A stretch of 64,000 nt of DNA from Acidobacteriota bacterium (GTDB lineage Bacteria; Acidobacteriota; UBA6911): positions 346 to 64,345 of the forward strand of contig JBBIMP010000030.1 of assembly GCA_037444305.1 (NCBI GenBank), given 5' to 3'. The notes under the pieces are model-generated. The model worked only from the letters and a program-made list of their open reading frames with translations, was not told where the DNA came from and ran no database searches. Both the position numbers and the translations under genes were made by a program. Positions within the stretch are counted from its first letter, which is position 1. Every line of letters begins with the position of its first letter. Positions 56,734-64,000 of this stretch are shown here, one piece after another.

Positions 56734-59669
56734 GGTTGAAGATCGTCTTGCTCTTTATGTTCGCAGCGGTTGGCGCTGCCGGCGCACAGGGGCAACAGGC
56801 GCGGGAAACCGCGCCGTGGACCTATAACATCCGGTCCCATTTGGTGCAGTTCTACCTGACCGTAACCGAGGGCCCGCGCCGGGTCACGGGCCTCGACAAG
56901 TCCGCCTTCTCGCTCAAGGAGGATGGAATCCCCCGGGAAGTGCACCGCCTCGACGCTGGCGAGGTGCCGCTGCAGATCGCGCTTCTGCTGGATACGAGCG
57001 GAAGCATGCGCGAATCTCTGCCCGTGGTTCAGGAGGCGGCGGTATATTTCTTGCAAACCCTCAGGCCCGCCGACAGGGTGACGCTTGTCCCCTTCAACGT
57101 GGACATCCATCACATTTCGCAGCTGACCAATGACCGGCAGCCGCTGGTGCAGGCCATCCGCAGCACCCAGGCGAGAGGGGCCACCAAGCTGTACGATGCG
57201 CTGCTGTACGCCATGAAGCTCCTCGCCGACAAGGAGGGACGCAAGGCGATCGTCGCCTTTTCGGACGGCCAGGACACCGGCCTGAGCGCGTCGCTGGATC
57301 TCGTGCAATCGGCCGCAGCGAGGTACGGTTTTCCCATCTATACGATCGGCGCGGGCGCAGGCCTGCGGAGCGACGACCTGCGGAGGATCCTGCTCCAGAT
57401 TGCAGAGATCAACGGCGGCCGGACCTACTACGTCAAGGAACCGGGGGAACTCCGCACCGCCTTCGAGGAAGTCGGAGAAGAATTGCGGTCCGCCTACGTG
57501 CTGAACTACTACACGACCGTTCCCCACGACGGCCGCTGGCACGATGTCTCGATCCAGGCAGCCAATCCCAGATACCGGGTACACACGAGGCGGGGATTTT
57601 ACGCCAGGACCGGAGGCGCAGGCCCGTCGTTCAGGGACGCCATCGAACCGGGTCCGGGAAAACCGGCGGCCATTCCGGCGCTGACCGGCCCCGACGCCGC
57701 ACGCGTGGCGCAATCCGCCGAGGCCGCGGCGGCCGAGATCCTCAACCCTGCGATCCCGGACAGGCAGATAGACGCGGCGCGCATCCGGAGCGCCCTCGCC
57801 TCGGCGGAAAAGGAAACGAGGCCTTCCGGCAAGCCTCTGTTCAAAGTCGAAACGCGGTTTGTGGAGGTCCCGGTCCTGGTCGAGTCCCTGGCCGGAAGGG
57901 AAATACCGAAGCTCACCGCGAAGGATTTCCGCATCTACGAGAACAACACGCGGCGCGAAATAGCCTTTTTTGATCCCGAGCTCGAGGCAGGCGGTGTGGC
58001 CCAGATGCGGGATACCGCCATCCGCAGGCTGCGAAAGGCGGACGACGAAGCAGCGCTCGCGCCGGCGGCGAGCGAGCCGCGCGATCTCGTGCTCGGGCGC
58101 GTCTACCTGGTGCTGGACAACCTGTCCTCCGCGGCGCAGACCTTTCTCGAAATCAAGCGCGCCGCAGAGCGGATCGTCCGGGAGCAATTCACCCCATTCC
58201 GGCCCGTTTCGCTGCATCTGACGAGCGATGCGGACGCCGATGTGCTGCCGGCTTCGGATGTCGATGCCCTGCTGAACAGGATACGGCGCGCCTCGCTGCC
58301 GGCCGGATCCGCCCCGCTGCTGCACGAAAAGATCATGAACATTCACGAAGCCTACCTGATCGACCGGGGAAACATGGACGCACAGCACCTGGCGGAATTG
58401 CGCCTGGCCTACAGCCTGGGAGTGCAGCACTTCAACGAACTCGGGCAGGTGGACGGCCAGGAGGTGATGTCGCCCGAAGCAATCGAACGGGAGGTCGTCA
58501 ACACCAGCCGGCAGCTCATAGCCCTGAACTCCTCCCTCGTCAACCGCGTCTGCGACGGCTTGCGCGTGGTCGTCAACGCCGCAGCCGCCGATCCCGCCGG
58601 CTATCCCAAGACGGTGATTTTTGTCTCCTCGGGAGTGGTCCTCGGTTTCGGCGAGCTTTCCGGGCGGCTGGAGCACGTGCTGCTGGAGGCCAGGAGAAAC
58701 GGAATCCGTGTGTTCTCCATCGATGCCGCGGGGCTGACCCTCTCTCAGCCTTATTCGATCGAGTCAGGCGCCGGATACCTGGTGCGCAATCCCCATCTCA
58801 CCTCCCTGCTCCTGCAGCACAATGACGGATTGTCGCTCGAGCAAAAATCCTCGTTGACTCGCATGGCGGAGAAAACCGGCGGGCGCTTTTTTCACTCCAC
58901 CAACGACCTTGCCGGATCCGCCGCCGTCGCTGCGCGCACGACCGGCCGGATCTTCTACCTGGGATACCTGTCCACCCAGCCGGCGGACGGGAGGTTCCAT
59001 CAGATACGCGTGACTACCTCCGAGCGGTCGGTGCGCCTGCATGCGCGGAAGGGCTACTATGCCATCACACGAGGCGCGGCGCAGGCGGCATCGGAAACCG
59101 GTACCGAGGAAGAAGACTGGGGCGCCGTCCTGAAGCTTGCAGCCGAAGGGCTGGCCGCCGGCAATACTCCGATCGTGATCCAGAGCCTGGAAAAACTCAC
59201 GGCCAGGTTTCCCGATGAGGCCGGCCTCTGGTACAACCTGGGCGCGGCATACCTGAAGGAGAACAACGCAGAGGCCGCCATTGAACGTCTGCAGAAGGGG
59301 TTCGCGCTTGCCCCGGGCGACAGGGAGATCGGCACGACCCTTGCGCGGGCTCTGGTGGCCGGAGGCTATACGGATGCCGCTGCCGATACCCTCGTCAGCC
59401 TGCTGCGGCGATATCCCGGTGATGCCGAGCTGTTCCTGAATCTGGGCAGGGTTTACGAGGCGGCTTCCCGCACGGCCGAGGCTTTCCAGGTCTACCGGAG
59501 CATGCTCGACATGAGGGCGGCGCTCCCCATCGAGGTCTATCTCGCGCTGACACGCACTTCACTCAGCCTGGGCCGCAAGGTGGAAGGCGCGCTGTTCATC
59601 CGGGACTACCTGGAGAACGGGGGCGATCCGTCTTCCGTACGGCCGTGGCAGCAGGAACGGTCTCCCTGA
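56730..59669 (+). CDS. Tandem VWA-domain protein of the Acidobacterial VWFA-related type (TIGR03436-like x2) with C-terminal TPR repeats, secreted
   Basis: Signal peptide MRLKIVLLFMFAAVGAAGAQ. Module 1 is a beta-sandwich (TYNIRSHLVQFYLTVTEG...) followed by a VWA domain with the MIDAS motif LLLDTSGSM. Module 2 (FKVETRFVEVPVLVESLAG...EIAFFD followed by ...VIFVSSG...) has no DxSxS. The C-terminal TPRs include WYNLGAAYLKENNAEAAIERL. Confidence 0.75.
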   Translation: MRLKIVLLFMFAAVGAAGAQGQQARETAPWTYNIRSHLVQFYLTVTEGPRRVTGLDKSAFSLKEDGIPREVHRLDAGEVPLQIALLLDTSGSMRESLPVVQEAAVYFLQTLRPADRVTLVPFNVDIHHISQLTNDRQPLVQAIRSTQARGATKLYDALLYAMKLLADKEGRKAIVAFSDGQDTGLSASLDLVQSAAARYGFPIYTIGAGAGLRSDDLRRILLQIAEINGGRTYYVKEPGELRTAFEEVGEELRSAYVLNYYTTVPHDGRWHDVSIQAANPRYRVHTRRGFYARTGGAGPSFRDAIEPGPGKPAAIPALTGPDAARVAQSAEAAAAEILNPAIPDRQIDAARIRSALASAEKETRPSGKPLFKVETRFVEVPVLVESLAGREIPKLTAKDFRIYENNTRREIAFFDPELEAGGVAQMRDTAIRRLRKADDEAALAPAASEPRDLVLGRVYLVLDNLSSAAQTFLEIKRAAERIVREQFTPFRPVSLHLTSDADADVLPASDVDALLNRIRRASLPAGSAPLLHEKIMNIHEAYLIDRGNMDAQHLAELRLAYSLGVQHFNELGQVDGQEVMSPEAIEREVVNTSRQLIALNSSLVNRVCDGLRVVVNAAAADPAGYPKTVIFVSSGVVLGFGELSGRLEHVLLEARRNGIRVFSIDAAGLTLSQPYSIESGAGYLVRNPHLTSLLLQHNDGLSLEQKSSLTRMAEKTGGRFFHSTNDLAGSAAVAARTTGRIFYLGYLSTQPADGRFHQIRVTTSERSVRLHARKGYYAITRGAAQAASETGTEEEDWGAVLKLAAEGLAAGNTPIVIQSLEKLTARFPDEAGLWYNLGAAYLKENNAEAAIERLQKGFALAPGDREIGTTLARALVAGGYTDAAADTLVSLLRRYPGDAELFLNLGRVYEAASRTAEAFQVYRSMLDMRAALPIEVYLALTRTSLSLGRKVEGALFIRDYLENGGDPSSVRPWQQERSP

Positions 59670-59737
59670 CCGCGGCATCCTGTGATTCGCGGTTCCTCGC
59701 GGCTTCCTCCGGGGCTGCGAAAGGGATCCGGGAGGCT

Positions 59738-61198
59738 CTACGGCGGCCGCCGTTTCAGCTCTCCGAGCGCTGCGAGGGCGCGCGCGCGCGCCTCGGAGTG
59801 GTCCACGACCGGCAGGGGATAATCCCGGCCGAATTTTATGCCTGCCTCGGCGAGAACCTGTTGCGGCGCCTCCCAGGGCCTGTGGATCCAGCGTGCGGGG
59901 AGTCCGGAAAGCTCCGGAACCCACGCGCGGACATAATCCCCTAGAGGATCGAACTTCTCCCCCTGCAGCACGGGATTGAATATGCGGAAAAACGGCGCGG
60001 CATCGGCGCCGCAGCCTGCCGTCCACTGCCACCCCAGGGTATTGCCGGCCAGATCGGCGTCCACCAGGGTATCCCAGAACCAGCGGGCGCCTTCCCGCCA
60101 CGGCAGAAGCAGGTCCTTCACCAGGAAGGATGCGGCAATCATCCGTACGCGGTTGTGCATCCAGCCACAGCCCCATAGCTCCCGCATGCCGGCATCCACG
60201 ATCGGGTATCCCGTGAGGCCGCGCTGCCAGGCCCGAAGCCCTCGGGGATTTCTTGCCCACGGAAAATCATCGAATTCCGGCCTGAGCGGCCTTTCCGCCA
60301 TGTCCGGAAAATGGTAGAGCAGGTGATGGGCGAATTCCCGCCACCCGAGCTCGCGCAGATACACGCGCGCGGCCTGCTTGAGAACCTTCCCCGGATCACC
60401 GCGGAGGGCCTCCGAAATCTCGTGCCAGATCCGCCGGACGCTGATCTCGCCGAAGTGCAGGTGCGGCGAAAGCCGCGAGCTTCCCCGCCTGTCGGGCCGA
60501 TTCCGCTCCTCGGGATAGACCGCCATGGGTCCGTCGAGGAATTCCCTCAGCTGCGCCGCGGCGCCCTGCTCCCCCGGCTTCCACGCAGCACGGAGACCAG
60601 CCGCCCAGTCGATTTCAGGTTTCAGCGCAAGACCGTTCAACGGCAGCGAGACCGGCCAGGACTGCGGCGAGAGGATTCGAACGGGTGGCGGAGCGGGCGG
60701 GCGAGGACCCGGTCCCGACATGCACGACCGCCAGAAAGGGGTGAAGACCTTGTAAGGGCCGCCGCTGCCGGTCCGGATATCTTCCGGGTGGAACAACAGG
60801 TTTTCCGCATGCGGGCGAACCTCCACGCCCAGATCCCGGAGCGCGGAGGCCACCCTTGCTTCACGCGCTCTTGCCGCGGGTTCCATCCGCCGGTTCCAAT
60901 GAACCGACCCGGCTCGCGTCGCTCTGACTATGGCTTCCAGCTCCCGGATACTGTCGCCGGAACGCAGGATGAGCCTCGACTCGACCCCTTTCAGGCGTGA
61001 GGCGAAGGCCGCAAGCGAATGGTGCAGCCACCAACGCGAGGCGGCGCCGGGCGGCCAGTTCCCTTCCTCCTCGGGGGACCAGACGAAGACCGGCACAACC
61101 GGCCCCGCGGCGGCAACAGCCGCCGCAAAGGCCGGGTTGTCATCCAGCCTCAGGTCCTCCCGCGTCCACACAACCGCCGGACTGCCGACCACCTGCAT
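59738..61198 (-). CDS. phr: Deoxyribodipyrimidine photolyase (class I CPD photolyase/cryptochrome family)
   Basis: VVWTREDLRLDDNPAFAAAVAAAGPVVPVFVW together with the FAD-binding C-terminal domain (WREFAHHLLYHFPDMAE...GWMHNRVRMIAASFLVKDL). Confidence 0.9.
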   Translation of the reverse strand: MQVVGSPAVVWTREDLRLDDNPAFAAAVAAAGPVVPVFVWSPEEEGNWPPGAASRWWLHHSLAAFASRLKGVESRLILRSGDSIRELEAIVRATRAGSVHWNRRMEPAARAREARVASALRDLGVEVRPHAENLLFHPEDIRTGSGGPYKVFTPFWRSCMSGPGPRPPAPPPVRILSPQSWPVSLPLNGLALKPEIDWAAGLRAAWKPGEQGAAAQLREFLDGPMAVYPEERNRPDRRGSSRLSPHLHFGEISVRRIWHEISEALRGDPGKVLKQAARVYLRELGWREFAHHLLYHFPDMAERPLRPEFDDFPWARNPRGLRAWQRGLTGYPIVDAGMRELWGCGWMHNRVRMIAASFLVKDLLLPWREGARWFWDTLVDADLAGNTLGWQWTAGCGADAAPFFRIFNPVLQGEKFDPLGDYVRAWVPELSGLPARWIHRPWEAPQQVLAEAGIKFGRDYPLPVVDHSEARARALAALGELKRRPP

Positions 61199-61498
61199 CC
61201 TCCCTTCAATCCTTGCCGCAAAGGTGATTCGTGATTCCGGCCTCCCGTGCGCTCGCGCACGACAGGACCGATAATAGTCAAGCAGGCGTCAATGTATTAC
61301 ACTTTACCTTCGCCCGGCACAGATTGCACGCTTCGTTCATCTTGCGGTGACCCGGCGGCACGACTGAGCGCTCCGGCTGGGAGTGCTGGAGGATTTGGCA
61401 ATTCAAGCACATACTGCGAAATACACACCCATAACGCTTGGGCTTTTCATCCGGCGATTCTACCGGGATTCGGCGGCATTTACAGGGATGATTGCCGG

Positions 61499-62923
61499 AT
61501 GATTCTGCTCACGGGCGCCACGGGATACGTGGGGGGACGCCTTCTGCGCAAGCTCGAGGAGCGCTCCATGGGCGTCCGCTGCCTGGTCCGCGATCCCGAC
61601 CGCCTCAACGGCCACGTGGCGCCCGCCACGGAAGTGGTCACGGGCGACGTCATGGATGCCCCGTCGCTGGCCGCGCCCATGGCAGGGGTCGACACCGCCT
61701 TCTATCTCGTCCATTCTCTGGGATTAGCCGGGGACTTTGAGCAGGCCGAGCAGACAGCCGCGGAAAACTTCGCCGCGGTGGCGAAGGCGGCCGGAGTGAA
61801 AAAGATCGTCTATCTGGGCGGCCTGGGCAGGCCGGACGGCGATTTGTCCCCGCACCTGCGCAGCCGCCATAACGTCGGCAGGGTGCTGTCCGCCTCCGGC
61901 GTGCCCGTCATCGAATTCCGGGCTTCGGTCATCATCGGGTCGGGCAGCCTTTCCTTCGAGATGATACGCTCGCTGGCGGAGCGCCTCCCGGTCATGGTGA
62001 CACCCCGGTGGGTGCGCGTTCCGGCACAGCCGATCGGAATCGAAGACGTCAAAGCCTACCTGCTGGCGGCCCTGAGCACGCAGCCCGAAGGCCACACGAT
62101 CTATGAAATCGGCGGGCCCGAGATCATGTCCTACGGCGGCCTCATGCGCGAGTATGCCCGTTGCCGGTCGCTCCGTCGCCTGATGATTCCCGTGCCGGTG
62201 CTCACCCCGCGCCTGTCCAGCCTCTGGCTCGGGCTGGTCACGCCGCTGTATGCCCGCGTGGGGCGCAAGCTGATCGACAGCATCCGCCACCCGACCGTGG
62301 TGAGGGACGACAAAGCGGCAAGGAAGTTCGCCATCCGCCCGATGGGCGTCAGGGAGGCAATCGAACGGGCGCTGAACAACGAGGACCGGGAGTTCGCGCT
62401 GACGCGCTGGTCCGATGCCCAATCCTCCTCGGGAATCGCACGGCAATGGGGCGGCGTCCGCTTCGGCAACCGTCTCGTAGACGTGCGCTCGGTTCGCATC
62501 GAGGCGCCCCCCTCCCGGTCGTTCCGCCCGATCCGCCGCATCGGCGGCCGGACGGGATGGTATTTCGGCAACTTTCTCTGGCGCGTGCGGGGATGGCTGG
62601 ATCTTCTGGTGGGCGGCGTCGGCATGCGCCGCGGCCGGCGGGATCCGGAAAACCTGCGGGTCGGCGATGCCCTGGACTGCTGGCGCGTCGAGGCCTTCGA
62701 GCCTGACAGCCGCCTGCTTCTGCGGGCTGAAATGAAGCTCCCCGGCCGGGCCTGGCTGGAATTCGAAGTGGATGCGGAGGGCCAGGGCTCCCGGATCACG
62801 CAGACGGCCCTATTCGATCCGGATGGTTTGCTGGGCCTTGCCTACTGGTACGTCATCCGGCCAATGCACGAGCTGATCTTCCGCGGAATGCTGCAGGGAA
62901 TCGCCCGCGAGGCGGCACGCTGA
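61499..62923 (+). CDS. NAD(P)-binding (NmrA/atypical SDR-like) protein with a C-terminal DUF2867 domain
   Basis: MILLTGATGYVGGRLLRKL is a Rossmann motif. The C-terminal about 150 aa (GGRTGWYFGNFLWRVRGWLDLLVGG...) is typical of DUF2867. Confidence 0.75.
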   Translation: MILLTGATGYVGGRLLRKLEERSMGVRCLVRDPDRLNGHVAPATEVVTGDVMDAPSLAAPMAGVDTAFYLVHSLGLAGDFEQAEQTAAENFAAVAKAAGVKKIVYLGGLGRPDGDLSPHLRSRHNVGRVLSASGVPVIEFRASVIIGSGSLSFEMIRSLAERLPVMVTPRWVRVPAQPIGIEDVKAYLLAALSTQPEGHTIYEIGGPEIMSYGGLMREYARCRSLRRLMIPVPVLTPRLSSLWLGLVTPLYARVGRKLIDSIRHPTVVRDDKAARKFAIRPMGVREAIERALNNEDREFALTRWSDAQSSSGIARQWGGVRFGNRLVDVRSVRIEAPPSRSFRPIRRIGGRTGWYFGNFLWRVRGWLDLLVGGVGMRRGRRDPENLRVGDALDCWRVEAFEPDSRLLLRAEMKLPGRAWLEFEVDAEGQGSRITQTALFDPDGLLGLAYWYVIRPMHELIFRGMLQGIAREAAR

Positions 62924-63191
62924 TACCGTCCGAAGATTCCGCGACGATTTCCCGGTGCAGCCCGGCGCGGGAAGCATGCGACCCGAATCCCCCAAATACC
63001 TGCCAGATCGCCGCCTGCATCAGCGGTCCTGTCGGCGCCCGCCATAGCCATACCCCCGGTGGCGGCCCGGTTTCGCTATTCTCAGGACGGTTGACTGTAT
63101 ATAATGAGCCCGCCACAAAACACCACGAATGATTCTCCGTGCCGGGGCGCCCTGCCTGCCCGCGCCGCCGGATACGAGGGAGGATAAACAC

Positions 63192-64000
63192 ATGGCGCAT
63201 AACGACGGATTCAATCGCAGGGCATTCCTGAAATGCGCCGGGGTGGCGGCGCTCTCAAGCTCTGTCGGGCACGGCGTCGCCAGGGCCGCCGCGCCGCCCT
63301 CCGTAGCTCCCCGTCCGGCAAACGCCGTGTTCGATTTCGACACCCCCTACGACCGTGTCGGCACGAACTCCGTCAAGTGGGACCGACAGATCGAGCGGTT
63401 CGGTCGGGACAAGATCGAAGTAGGCATGGGCATCGCGGACTTGGATTTCAAAGCGGCGCCTTGCATCGGCAGAGCCCTGGAGGAGCGCTGCCGGCACGAA
63501 AACTGGGGCTATTTGAACGCGACGAAATCGTACGTCGAGGCCATCGTCTCCTGGAACAAGCGGCGCCGCAACCTCGAGATAGATCCCAACACGATCGTGC
63601 TGTCCGATGGCGTTCACCCGGCATTGATTGCCGCGCTGAAGACATTCTCGCCCCCGGGAAGCAGGGTCCTGCTGCTGACCCCCGCCTACAGCGGTTTTTA
63701 TTCAGACCTACGCGCGAGCTTCACGCTGCCGGCAGACAGTCCCATGAAGCTCGTAAACGGCCGCTACTCGATCGATTTCGACGATTTGGCTTCGCGCATC
63801 TCTGCCGACACCCATGCGCTGATACTGTGCAATCCGGAGAATCCCACTGGAAACTGCTGGTCGAAAGAGGAATTGACGAGACTCGGCAGACTGTGCCTTG
63901 AGCGCCGCATTGTCGTTCTGGCCGACGAGATTCATTGCGATCTGGTCATGAAGGGGCAGAAGTTCACGCCGTTTGCGTGCCTCCCGGACAAGGACATCGT
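63192..64000 (+). CDS. PatB/MalY-type PLP-dependent C-S lyase/aminotransferase (class I/II fold) with a twin-arginine signal peptide, 3' partial
   Basis: A GGGAGG ribosome-binding site. MAHNDGFNRRAFLKCAGVAALSSSVGHGVARAAA contains the Tat motif RRxFLK. The segment ...DRVGTNSVKWD...GMGIADLDFKAAPCIGRALEE...GYLN matches the MalY/PatB N-terminus. The frame is open to the window end. It is absent from the supplied ORF track because no in-window stop exists. Confidence 0.7.
   Translation, partial: MAHNDGFNRRAFLKCAGVAALSSSVGHGVARAAAPPSVAPRPANAVFDFDTPYDRVGTNSVKWDRQIERFGRDKIEVGMGIADLDFKAAPCIGRALEERCRHENWGYLNATKSYVEAIVSWNKRRRNLEIDPNTIVLSDGVHPALIAALKTFSPPGSRVLLLTPAYSGFYSDLRASFTLPADSPMKLVNGRYSIDFDDLASRISADTHALILCNPENPTGNCWSKEELTRLGRLCLERRIVVLADEIHCDLVMKGQKFTPFACLPDKDI

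Noticed and set aside
56421-58676. 751-aa ORF on the minus strand
   Set aside because: Antisense to the tandem-VWA gene, whose MIDAS motif and signal peptide fix the coding strand.
63082-63096. ttgact immediately followed by gtatataat as a promoter for the PatB-like gene
   Set aside because: The -35-like and -10-like hexamers are only 3 nt apart, so they cannot function as a pair. The perfect TATAAT may still be a -10 used with a different, weak -35. This is noted but not called.
1-64000. CRISPR arrays, integrases/transposases, or prophage genes
   Set aside because: I scanned for direct-repeat/spacer periodicity and for recombinase or transposase-like translations and saw none. The only repeat of note is the single 97-nt inverted-repeat element.

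Overview
This is a high-GC (about 62-65%) bacterial chromosomal segment that I read as most likely from Acidobacteriota. The evidence for that is inference: TIGR03436-type VWA proteins, carboxypeptidase-regulatory-domain TonB-receptor-like barrels, and many secreted peptidases. The window is densely coding, with about 48 protein genes on both strands. I found no rRNA, tRNA, CRISPR array or recognisable transposase or integrase. The content, start to end, is: (1) a partial S1 peptidase, a 1245-aa TonB-dependent-receptor-like barrel and a small secreted protein. (2) A long minus-strand block at 5.9-24.4 kb rich in secreted proteolytic and amino-acid enzymes (M28, D-aminoacylase-like, an M16 pair, an arginine-deiminase-like protein, S9 dipeptidyl peptidase) plus aceE, a D-Ser-dehydratase-like PLP enzyme and gpsA. 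(3) A mixed metabolic stretch (GT2, hbd, M14 peptidase). (4) A YkgJ-like/VWA pair divergent from yajD(HNH)-ppk2-nudL, then DAHP synthase, a GrpE-like protein and a TPR protein. (5) An outer-membrane barrel co-oriented with modABC. (6) A decayed histidine-kinase/receiver remnant abutting a 5'-shortened TPR-CHAT gene. (7) A nitrilase-superfamily gene, tdcB-like, and an orphan wza. (8) nrtR-nadA-nadC with a near-consensus promoter, a terminator-like hairpin and a perfect 21-bp palindrome in the nadA leader. (9) A DUF4139 protein. (10) My lead candidate for an uncharacterised system: a 1733-aa secreted TPR-containing protein translationally coupled (ATGA overlap) to a 980-aa tandem-VWA+TPR protein. 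(11) Photolyase, an NAD-binding/DUF2867 protein and a Tat-signal PatB/MalY-type PLP lyase, partial at the 3' end. All calls come from reading the translations and DNA by eye; no database search was possible.
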